Sequence record: PV611058.1
DNA: 64,000 nt
Reading direction: 5' to 3' (one strand)
The position numbers and the translations under genes are program-made. This document shows, in pieces, positions 55,629-64,000 of the stretch. A model generated the notes under the pieces. That model had not been told where the DNA came from. It saw nothing but the letters and a program-made list of their open reading frames with translations, and searched no databases. Position 1 is the stretch's first letter; every line of letters starts with the position of its first letter.

Positions 55629-57038
55629 TTAGCTACGTTGACGCTTTTTGTCAGCTTCATATTCGTAGTGTACAGTTTCGCCAAATGGTGCTTGTTTGTT
55701 AGGATTACTGTGGATAACAAACAGTGTCTTACAGTAATCAGGATCACCCCATGACTGCCACGGCTCACCATCGGTAAACATAATAAGCTGTTTAGGCTTA
55801 TAGTTGTCATGCTTCATATGAACCCATACTGCTTCAAAGTCAGTACCACCACCACCTTTCACTGGATATTCGAGAATCTTACTCTCTTCACCAGTTTTGT
55901 AATCTTTCACAGTATAAACTTCAGTATCGAACGTCATGATACGGATTTTAAATTGTTTAAACTGCTTAGTGATACCCAGTACTTCACTGATGAAATCACG
56001 GAGCATATCTTCAGAGATAGAACCGGATGCATCTAGTGCAATTGCAATATCAATATCATCATCTGGTTTCATACCAGGGAAGATTGGATTCCCGTAGAAT
56101 GAACCAGAACTACCAAAACCAGCACCCCATGAACGACGATTAGGATTTTGATAAGTTGCATCAGACTTCAACCAGCTACGTAGTGTGCGGTGAAGTTTAG
56201 AACGCCAGTCAATCTTAGGTTCTTTGAAGTTGTTAATCATACGTGCGATTTCAGCAGGAGTACCACCTGCACGAGCAGCATTCATCATTGCTGTTTTGAA
56301 ATCATCCATATAATCACGTTTTTGTTTATCACTTGAACCACCTTCTTGACCTTCTTGTGGAACGTCATGTTGGTCGATTGTTGTACCTTTGCCTTTACCA
56401 TCTTTGATATCACCAAAAGTACCGCGTGATTTACCTTCACCCTCACCACTACCAGCCTGTGGATTTCCTTCACCTTCTCCGTCTTGGTCCTGCTTATCTT
56501 CTTCTTCGAGAATGTTATAAATCTCTTCAGCAGTCATACCATCGTACTTTTTATCGTACAGCCATTGGCTTTGAATTTTACCAATTTTATCACGAACAAG
56601 AATCTGGTTAATTGCATAGTCAGCAGCACGGTTATAACGCTGCGGGTCACGCATACCACGACGCAAGAAGTGGTCATATGCACAGTGAAGAATTTCATGA
56701 CAAATAACTGCAATCAGGTTTTCATCAGTCAAACCTTCTGTCATTTCTTTAAGTTGTTCTTCAGTTACTTCAGGATGTTTCTCACGAATTGCTTCTTCGT
56801 ATGCTGACTTTTTGGATTGGTCCTGAATACCCATGATGAATTCTACGTTGTAGAATAAATGCTTACCATCTACAGCCAAAGTACGACACCATGTGTTGTT
56901 TGCAACTGGACGCAGACGAGAAGCCAGTACACCAAAGAATGGGAATGTTAGCATTAAAGATGTGCGAGCTAAGATCAGACGATCTTGACATTCTTTCTGG
57001 AGAGCCGGAGTAACATCACTGAAACGTTTATCTGACAT
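55629..57038 (-). CDS. HEXXH metallopeptidase-like + vWA domain protein (DUF2201-type)
   Basis: CHEILH motif, acidic Gly-rich linker, MIDAS DASGS, GGGGTDF and FTDG. Confidence 0.85.
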   Translation of the reverse strand: MSDKRFSDVTPALQKECQDRLILARTSLMLTFPFFGVLASRLRPVANNTWCRTLAVDGKHLFYNVEFIMGIQDQSKKSAYEEAIREKHPEVTEEQLKEMTEGLTDENLIAVICHEILHCAYDHFLRRGMRDPQRYNRAADYAINQILVRDKIGKIQSQWLYDKKYDGMTAEEIYNILEEEDKQDQDGEGEGNPQAGSGEGEGKSRGTFGDIKDGKGKGTTIDQHDVPQEGQEGGSSDKQKRDYMDDFKTAMMNAARAGGTPAEIARMINNFKEPKIDWRSKLHRTLRSWLKSDATYQNPNRRSWGAGFGSSGSFYGNPIFPGMKPDDDIDIAIALDASGSISEDMLRDFISEVLGITKQFKQFKIRIMTFDTEVYTVKDYKTGEESKILEYPVKGGGGTDFEAVWVHMKHDNYKPKQLIMFTDGEPWQSWGDPDYCKTLFVIHSNPNKQAPFGETVHYEYEADKKRQRS

Positions 57039-57069
57039 TTGTATTTCCTCGTTTAGTTAAGATAAAAGA

Positions 57070-57098
57070 AGGATACCATGTGGTATCCTCCTTGTCAA
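57070..57098 (-). promoter_or_regulatory. Promoter TTGACA-N17-TATCCT overlapping a terminator hairpin
   Basis: The minus strand reads TTGACAaggaggataccacatggTATCCT. The stem AGGATACC/GGTATCCT (57070-57089) is followed by a U tract. Confidence 0.6.
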
Positions 57099-57113
57099 CA
57101 CTCTTTTTAATTA

Positions 57114-58442
57114 TTAACCAAGAGAGCGTGCTTTACGTACTAGGTCAGAGTACTTCATAACGAAGTCTTTAAACGCTGGTACATCTTTAATCGTAATCGC
57201 TACTTTATGAAGCGTGATGGTACGAATCGCCAGTACTGCCAGTTCTGCTTGAGTTGCAGAGAAGTTATGGTCTAGGAAGGTGATGAAGTTGTTGCACAGC
57301 TTACCCCAATCTTCCACTGGTAGACGTTGTTCTTGCTTCTCATTGTAGAGGTCGATAATTTTGTAAACCAGATTCAGAGTGATGAAGTAGTTCGCGGAAA
57401 TATCAAGCGAAGCATCAATCTCTTTAATCTCACCCTGTAGGATGGACATGGTATCTGGTAGTTTAGCTACGTTATCAACATACTCGATGTATTCAGTTGC
57501 TACGCCTTCACCAACACGACCTGCAATCATCGCACGGAACACTTCTTTATCAATGTTCTTAACTTTCTTCAGATCTTCGTAGCGTGCTACTGCTTCCCAT
57601 GAACGTGGAGAAGTACCACCACAGTGAGAAGGATCTTGTGGGCTAAGGGTGTTGAAGTGTTTAGCACCAGTGTTGTTGATGAACGCTACAGTTGCTGGGT
57701 TCAAACGCTTACCAATCGCATAATCGTTAATCCAATCTTGATGATAAGGAATCATTTCGATGTGGGTCATACGGTCACGCAGTGGTGTAGCTAGAGAGAA
57801 CGTTACACCGCCATCAGTTTCACGGTTACCTGCTGCGAGAATCAGTGCAGTCTTAGGTAGCTTCATCTCACCAACACAACGGTCGAGGATTAGCTGATAA
57901 GACGCTGCCTGTACAATCGGCATTGCAGAGTTGATTTCGTCAAACAGAATAACACCTTTCCAATCTGGAGACAGTTTCAGTACTTTAGGTGCTGCCCACA
58001 CAACTGCTGTTTCAGCGATGTAATCTTGTGCACTAGCCAGTTCAGATTCAATCAGTTGCTTACCATCCATATCAAGGAACACTTTCTCTGGAACTGGGAT
58101 ACCACGAAGGTCACTTGGTTCAATCTGAGACAAACGGAAATCGATAAAGTTAGTGTCTTGGTCGATTAGTTTGGCTTCAAACGCTGCCAGTTCACGGCGA
58201 AGTTGATCAGCATTTTCAGTATCAGCTTCGATTTGTTGTTTCATGAACTCAATTTTTGCCACGTTATCTTTACGCAGTGGGTAGTTCTCATCAGCGTATT
58301 GACGTGCGATAGCAGATTTACCGATACCAGGGCTACCCCAAATCATCAGGCTATCTTGAATCATGTCAGCCAGTGCCATTGCTTCTTTAGCTTTCTTAGG
58401 AGTCAGTTTTACGTTCAGGATATCGTTGTTTTGAGTAGACAT
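57114..58442 (-). CDS. MoxR-family AAA+ ATPase
   Basis: WGSPGIGKS, FRLSQIEPSDLRGIP, LFDEIN, AAGNR and SPRSW motifs. Adjacent to the vWA partner. Confidence 0.88.
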   Translation of the reverse strand: MSTQNNDILNVKLTPKKAKEAMALADMIQDSLMIWGSPGIGKSAIARQYADENYPLRKDNVAKIEFMKQQIEADTENADQLRRELAAFEAKLIDQDTNFIDFRLSQIEPSDLRGIPVPEKVFLDMDGKQLIESELASAQDYIAETAVVWAAPKVLKLSPDWKGVILFDEINSAMPIVQAASYQLILDRCVGEMKLPKTALILAAGNRETDGGVTFSLATPLRDRMTHIEMIPYHQDWINDYAIGKRLNPATVAFINNTGAKHFNTLSPQDPSHCGGTSPRSWEAVARYEDLKKVKNIDKEVFRAMIAGRVGEGVATEYIEYVDNVAKLPDTMSILQGEIKEIDASLDISANYFITLNLVYKIIDLYNEKQEQRLPVEDWGKLCNNFITFLDHNFSATQAELAVLAIRTITLHKVAITIKDVPAFKDFVMKYSDLVRKARSLG

Positions 58443-58483
58443 GTATATTTTCCTTTTGTTGGATAAAATCGTTTAGGTTTCTA

Positions 58484-58512
58484 TTATAGCCAATCCGTGG
58501 GCAAAAGTAAAG
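58484..58512 (-). promoter_or_regulatory. Promoter of the MoxR gene, TTTACT-N17-TATAAT
   Basis: The minus strand reads TTTACTtttgcccacggattggcTATAAT. Confidence 0.6.
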
Positions 58513-58605
58513 GAACTGTGTTAAAAGAATTTTTAACTTATCAGTTCCTTTGTTACTTCATGAATCATCCGTGTATTTAAAAAGGCATTTCTCTTTGCCG
58601 TCTTG

Positions 58606-58745
58606 ATGTGGTCATTATATCACATCGTTCAGGCTTGTCAACAACTTTTTTATTTCTTTTTCAATCTCACATCTTGTGATTTTGAAAACTTGCTTCGTGG
58701 TGGTCATTATAACACATCATTCGGCGTTGTCAACATCTTTTTTTC
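58606..58745 (-). repeat. Tandem duplicated sigma70 promoter cassettes (TTGACA-N16-TATAATGACCAC)
   Basis: Copy 1 at 58614-58641 (TTGACAagcctgaacgatgtgaTATAAT) and copy 2 at 58706-58733 (TTGACAacgccgaatgatgtgtTATAAT). Both have an A-rich upstream tract and the same GACCAC start region. Confidence 0.8.
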
Positions 58746-58758
58746 TTTATTTTCGAAG

Positions 58759-59136
58759 CTACATGTGCATCGAAAATAACATTCTAAAATCATCACCACA
58801 CAATGTTAACTCTGTAACTATCATTGCGTCCGAGAGGTATATGTACTGCCCTTCTACATAGTAGGGTGAAGTACATATCCTATCAAGCGATGTAAAGATT
58901 ATAGAACTTTTGAACTCTCTTTGCAAGGGGATTTTTGTAAATTCGTAAAGAATGTTTTCTTTACAAATTGTATATCCAAACTTGCTAAGTCTTAAACCAC
59001 CGCCAGTTCTGAAATTTTCAAAAATTGACATCAGAAGCATACGGTCTGTTAATTCAGCGTCTGATCCATGTACTTCTCTAACTTTTAAAAGTACATCGTT
59101 TTGAAATTCAGTACTGTTGTGTGGTTCAGGGATCAT
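58759..59136 (-). CDS. Conserved hypothetical phage protein
   Basis: N.RTGGGLRLS..G and LDR...SPYY motifs recur in large T4-like phages. Confidence 0.6.
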   Translation of the reverse strand: MIPEPHNSTEFQNDVLLKVREVHGSDAELTDRMLLMSIFENFRTGGGLRLSKFGYTICKENILYEFTKIPLQREFKSSIIFTSLDRICTSPYYVEGQYIYLSDAMIVTELTLCGDDFRMLFSMHM

Positions 59137-59139
59137 AAA

Positions 59140-59532
59140 TTACATCCCCACGAAACCCTGTCTTGCTGCATATGAAGGAGCATCTTTAACTTTATAGTCT
59201 TGGACACCATCTTTACCAATTTTCGGACCCATATCTTTGGTTCCGAAGCAGCAATCAGTGGATTCATCAACTTCTTCAGTACTTTCATCATTATATCGAA
59301 CATCCGATAAAATGTCACACGCTTTTTGAAGCTTTTCTACGATTTCTTTTTGATCTTCACCTGATTTAACCTTATCCACAATGTGGATAAGGCATTCGGT
59401 GATATCTTTAAGTAAATCGGTGGCAACAGCATCAGAAGGAGTCTCAACTGCAAAACTTTCTTCTTCAGTAGATTCTTCACTAGAAGTGATTTCATCTAAT
59501 GCTTCAACCAATTCACGATAATTATATCCCAT
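59140..59532 (-). CDS. Acidic hypothetical protein (possible head-associated)
   Basis: 130-aa ORF tightly packed in an operon, Glu/Asp rich. Confidence 0.6.
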   Translation of the reverse strand: MGYNYRELVEALDEITSSEESTEEESFAVETPSDAVATDLLKDITECLIHIVDKVKSGEDQKEIVEKLQKACDILSDVRYNDESTEEVDESTDCCFGTKDMGPKIGKDGVQDYKVKDAPSYAARQGFVGM

Positions 59533-59533
59533 C

Positions 59534-60523
59534 TTATTTGTCCCCTAGAAATTGTTGATATTTCTTCTGGAGACTTTCGAAAATGTCTTCGACTTCTTCA
59601 TCGCTTTCATCTTCTAGTTCTTCGTTACCTTCCACTGACTCATCACTCTCATTAACATTGAGTGGGTTGTCACCTAGAGCAGTACCTGGGAACTTAGGTT
59701 CAAATTTGTGAACACGGTTCTCGTTACCGTCATTGTCATAGTACTCTGGTTCAGGACGATTGTCAACATCTTCATCAACGACACGTCTCCAGTAGAACTT
59801 GTTACCCTTGGTAATAACAACAAAGTGGTCACCTTCTACACCATTAGTTTTAGCTTGACCGTCACGAACGGCATCAGCTTCAGTGTTGTAAGGTCCAAAA
59901 TCAGTACTGTCACCTTGTTCTTCATCTTCTGAGATGGTTAGGTCTGGTAGGAAAGTGTTTTCTTCAACTTTAACTTCAGTATCTGGGTTACCTTCTACTG
60001 AATATTCATCTTCTGGTTCGTCTTGAAGACCAGCTAGAGATAGCATACGACTGAAATCGAATTCTTCTTCGATGATTTCTTCTTCTTCCTCTTCTTCAAC
60101 TGATTCTAGTTGAGGTTGACCGGAAAGATCTAAAGAAAACTCTTCTTCATCTGCAACACCAGGCTCTTCGAACTCTGCATCCATACTTACTTCTTCAGAA
60201 TCACCACCAAAATCACCAGCTTCAGCAGATAGTGAGTCAGCAGCTACTTCCAATGGGTCTTCAACTGGTGCATCAATCGCACCATCCATTGTACCACCAA
60301 CTTCTTCTTCAGCACCCGCACCAATGGAATCCATGTCGAGTGGAGCGATTGGTGGTAGAGAAGGGGTCATAGACCCCATAGAAGGAACTGGAGCAGCAAC
60401 AGGAGAAGCTTGACGCTCGGCTTGACCAGCTAGTGCAAGCATACGAGATAGTGTTTCTAGATCTTCAGATTCTAGTCCTGCGATATCGATTTTAACTTGT
60501 GCTTCATTAATTTTTTTAGCCAT
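59534..60523 (-). CDS. Highly acidic, low-complexity protein (possible prohead core/internal protein)
   Basis: 329 aa with Glu/Asp tracts and I/L-x-E motifs. Confidence 0.6.
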   Translation of the reverse strand: MAKKINEAQVKIDIAGLESEDLETLSRMLALAGQAERQASPVAAPVPSMGSMTPSLPPIAPLDMDSIGAGAEEEVGGTMDGAIDAPVEDPLEVAADSLSAEAGDFGGDSEEVSMDAEFEEPGVADEEEFSLDLSGQPQLESVEEEEEEEIIEEEFDFSRMLSLAGLQDEPEDEYSVEGNPDTEVKVEENTFLPDLTISEDEEQGDSTDFGPYNTEADAVRDGQAKTNGVEGDHFVVITKGNKFYWRRVVDEDVDNRPEPEYYDNDGNENRVHKFEPKFPGTALGDNPLNVNESDESVEGNEELEDESDEEVEDIFESLQKKYQQFLGDK

Positions 60524-60545
60524 TTTAAATAAATCCTTTTAGTTA

Positions 60546-62057
60546 TCAATCATTCTTATTTAATGATTTTAAAATTTGCACTGTTTCATCCTTTTTACCA
60601 GATAGTAAAATGTCAGCAGCAATTAGAGAAACCTCATCACCACGCGTTAAGAGTACTGTAATTTTCTTAGCGTAAGGTGATTCTTTAATTCGTGAAGCCA
60701 ATGATTGAACTTCATCACCAGGAGCAGGAACTTCAGGTTCTGGCTCTGATACAGGTTCTGGTTCTTTAGTAGGTTCAGCTTTTGGTTCAACTACATCAGT
60801 ACTTGATACTTCAGCATCTACTTTCTCTTCAGGTTCTTCTTCTTTCTTATCAGCACGTTCTGCATCATAACGAGCAAGAATGTTATCAGCAGTTGATTTT
60901 GGAATCAATTTACCATCAGCACTAATAAAGCGGTTACCACCGATATAAGAATACTCTGTGCCTTTCTTAGATTTTACTTTAGTTCCGATTTTCATTGCAC
61001 CAGAACTGTTATGGCGAATTATATCACGTTGAGCAGCACGTTCAACACTTTTTGCAGCACTAACATTTAGTTGTTTTTTAGTTTCTACATCAAACCATGC
61101 ATCTTTTTGTTTAATGTATGTTTTACCTTTATTTGAAGTAATGCGGTAACCATTTGGAACCACAACAGATTCAGTTTCTTCAATCTCTTCATCTGCTTCA
61201 TTAATGGATTCTTTTGTTGCGAATACTGGCTGTTTTACTGGTTGTTTAGGTTGTTCTGGCTTTTCACCTGAACCAAAACGTTGTTCACCTGATTCATGTT
61301 CACCAGTTAGTGAAGGAAAATCACCAGGGTTAGCCTTAACAAATTGCTGATATGCATTAAAGATTACATGTGCATTTTGTTCTGGAATTACAACATTACC
61401 ATCATTATCACAAAATTCTTTACCATTCCATTCGGAACGAGTATTACCTTGTACTAAAGTAGATTTAATTGGAATTAGTTTGTTTTTTGGTGCTAATTGG
61501 CGAGCAATACGCATACCTTCATCGGAAAGTTTACGGGTCATTGCTGGGTCAACTGGACGTCCAGATTTTGCATCAACAAAACGGTGATTTTTAGGGATGA
61601 ATTTAAATCCACTAACTTCCATACCTGCTGGAATAGAAATATCATCAGCATATGGTGGAAGGATATAGAATTTTAGGGAGTTCCATTCTTTTTGTAGAGT
61701 TTCTTTTGAAACATTATATACACGGTGGTCATCTGCCATTAGTTCAGTGATAATTTCACTTTCAGTTAGTAGAATTCCATCTTTAGAATTGAAACGATTT
61801 TCACCAAGAAATGTACACTCTTTACCTTCAAGAATATATTTGTTACCAATTTTATATTCACTAGAAGATAGATTGTGCTCAACAATCTGTTGTCGAGCAC
61901 TTGCGTACATGGATGGGTATTTTTTAGGGTCTACCATTAACATATTATTGTCGTTAAACCAGAAACCTTCTAGAAATACATATTTGCCACCAGTGTGAGA
62001 AGTATATACATATCCATTAGGTACTGTGGTAGTTTCAGTACTGAAAAAATTATCCAT
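60546..62057 (-). CDS. Hypothetical protein with an internal ~90-aa duplication (possible internal head protein)
   Basis: AAGGAG SD before MDNFF. Two VPNGY..TS..G..Y...WF...KIG.K...G...GNRF.S.DG modules. Confidence 0.7.
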   Translation of the reverse strand: MDNFFSTETTTVPNGYVYTSHTGGKYVFLEGFWFNDNNMLMVDPKKYPSMYASARQQIVEHNLSSSEYKIGNKYILEGKECTFLGENRFNSKDGILLTESEIITELMADDHRVYNVSKETLQKEWNSLKFYILPPYADDISIPAGMEVSGFKFIPKNHRFVDAKSGRPVDPAMTRKLSDEGMRIARQLAPKNKLIPIKSTLVQGNTRSEWNGKEFCDNDGNVVIPEQNAHVIFNAYQQFVKANPGDFPSLTGEHESGEQRFGSGEKPEQPKQPVKQPVFATKESINEADEEIEETESVVVPNGYRITSNKGKTYIKQKDAWFDVETKKQLNVSAAKSVERAAQRDIIRHNSSGAMKIGTKVKSKKGTEYSYIGGNRFISADGKLIPKSTADNILARYDAERADKKEEEPEEKVDAEVSSTDVVEPKAEPTKEPEPVSEPEPEVPAPGDEVQSLASRIKESPYAKKITVLLTRGDEVSLIAADILLSGKKDETVQILKSLNKND

Positions 62058-62070
62058 GTGTTGATTCTCC

Positions 62071-62616
62071 TTAAGAAAGCATACGCAAAAGTTGTTCACG
62101 CTGCTCTGGACTTAATTTTTGTAGAGCATCAGGGATACTAGAACCTTGTGCTTTTGGCTGTTCCTGTGGTGCTGGTTGTGGAGCATTGTCAGGTTGAGCT
62201 TGTGGTGCAGGACGTTGTTGTTCTTCACCTTTATCATCATCACGATAATCATTCATCAAGTCACGTGCTGCTGCCAATAGAGCAGAACCAACATCTTTAG
62301 GAGTAAAAGTACGACGACTGTTATTTCCCAGGTGTTTTATATCAAGGTTATTTCCTTTGAAGAATTGTGCAACATCAGCATATGGTACTGATGGCTGTGC
62401 TTTACCGTATTTGCGACCAACATAGCGTTTAAATTCAGCCCAAAGACGGTTTGCTTCTGCACCAACTTCTTGTGCACCTTGTTCTACTTGACCACTACCG
62501 AAAAAGCCTTTTACTTTTCCTTTTGCACTATCTACTGCACTTTGTGAACGACTATATGGACGAGCTTCATTTAGCTCTTCATCATTATAGTCTAACATTT
62601 CATTAAGTATACTCAT
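62071..62616 (-). CDS. Hypothetical protein
   Basis: 181-aa ORF in an operon, with a Pro/Gln-rich C-terminal linker and LNE motifs at the N-terminus. Confidence 0.65.
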   Translation of the reverse strand: MSILNEMLDYNDEELNEARPYSRSQSAVDSAKGKVKGFFGSGQVEQGAQEVGAEANRLWAEFKRYVGRKYGKAQPSVPYADVAQFFKGNNLDIKHLGNNSRRTFTPKDVGSALLAAARDLMNDYRDDDKGEEQQRPAPQAQPDNAPQPAPQEQPKAQGSSIPDALQKLSPEQREQLLRMLS

Positions 62617-62619
62617 GTC

Positions 62620-63153
62620 TCAATCCTTTTTACCAAAACCAGCACTCATATATTGAGAGTATTTATTGTCACTTTTAACTGCTTCAATCGCATCTTTAAC
62701 TGCGGTTACAGCACGTTCTTCACCAGCTAAATCATGGCTGTCTTCTGGTTTACCAAAATCAACACCAATTACTGGTTCGTAATCGTCAAAGTCAATATCA
62801 TCTTCGAGTTCGGTCATTTCTTGTTGACGTGGTTCATCTTTACTACGTACACGGATTAGAGCTTCAGTCATACTTAGTAGGTTACCAATTTCATACATTA
62901 GTACGTTTGATTGAACACCACGGTGGCATTTGAAATCAAACATCCAAATTTCACCACAATCTAATTCATAAAAATCTAGTGGTCTTTCCATGAAAATAGT
63001 TTTCTTTAGTGCACCAATATCAAATGCATCATAACGATCCATTAGGCGTTGTGATACTTTACTTAGTTGCTCATTGGTAGGTTCAACTGCAAACTTGACT
63101 CGGTATTCAAAAACTGGTTTTTTATCCGTTAGGATTTGTTGTAATCTATTCAT
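62620..63153 (-). CDS. Conserved hypothetical (probably virion) protein
   Basis: EYRVK.A, KKT.F.E.PLDF and IRVR...EP motifs occur in large T4-like phages. Confidence 0.6.
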   Translation of the reverse strand: MNRLQQILTDKKPVFEYRVKFAVEPTNEQLSKVSQRLMDRYDAFDIGALKKTIFMERPLDFYELDCGEIWMFDFKCHRGVQSNVLMYEIGNLLSMTEALIRVRSKDEPRQQEMTELEDDIDFDDYEPVIGVDFGKPEDSHDLAGEERAVTAVKDAIEAVKSDNKYSQYMSAGFGKKD

Positions 63154-63180
63154 TTTAATAACTCCATAAGGTCGTTTAAG

Positions 63181-64000
<820 letters not shown>

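Overview
The window is a 64-kb, AT-rich, gene-dense segment of a T4-related jumbo myovirus. It most resembles the Rak2/GAP32/CBB-like group of enterobacterial giants; this is inferred from gene content, gene order and a WcaM-like colanic-acid tailspike, not from a database search. From left to right it holds: baseplate hub genes (gp26-like); an ~840-bp ORF-poor interval; endonuclease VII; the gp55-gp47-gp46 operon on the minus strand; a baseplate block (tube initiator, gp53, gp27-like hub, gp5 spike, lysozyme, gp25, gp6 and a 3,323-aa wedge protein); a phage ClpA; neck gp14, gp15 and a Nudix hydrolase; a fibre/tailspike block with two giant paralogous fibres; thymidylate synthase; a SLOG-like protein; a MoxR AAA+/vWA-metallopeptidase pair; a cluster of acidic probable head proteins; a probable small terminase; and gp4. 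The strongest unexplained signal is a ~450-nt non-coding, hairpin-dense minus-strand unit (about 1622 to 1170) with its own promoter and terminator. It is a candidate large structured RNA or a transcription-primed replication origin. Its promoter shares a distinctive motif with the gp55 operon promoter. Other notable points: a gp5 spike with cargo domains fused past its HxH tip, a zinc-less Endo VII, a ClpA that keeps a ClpP-docking loop, 62-76 bp identical tracts shared by the two fibre paralogues, apparently empty tandem early-promoter cassettes, and a one-base frameshift in gp4. I saw no tRNA, rRNA, CRISPR array, intron or transposase. All homology calls are from motif recognition by eye.
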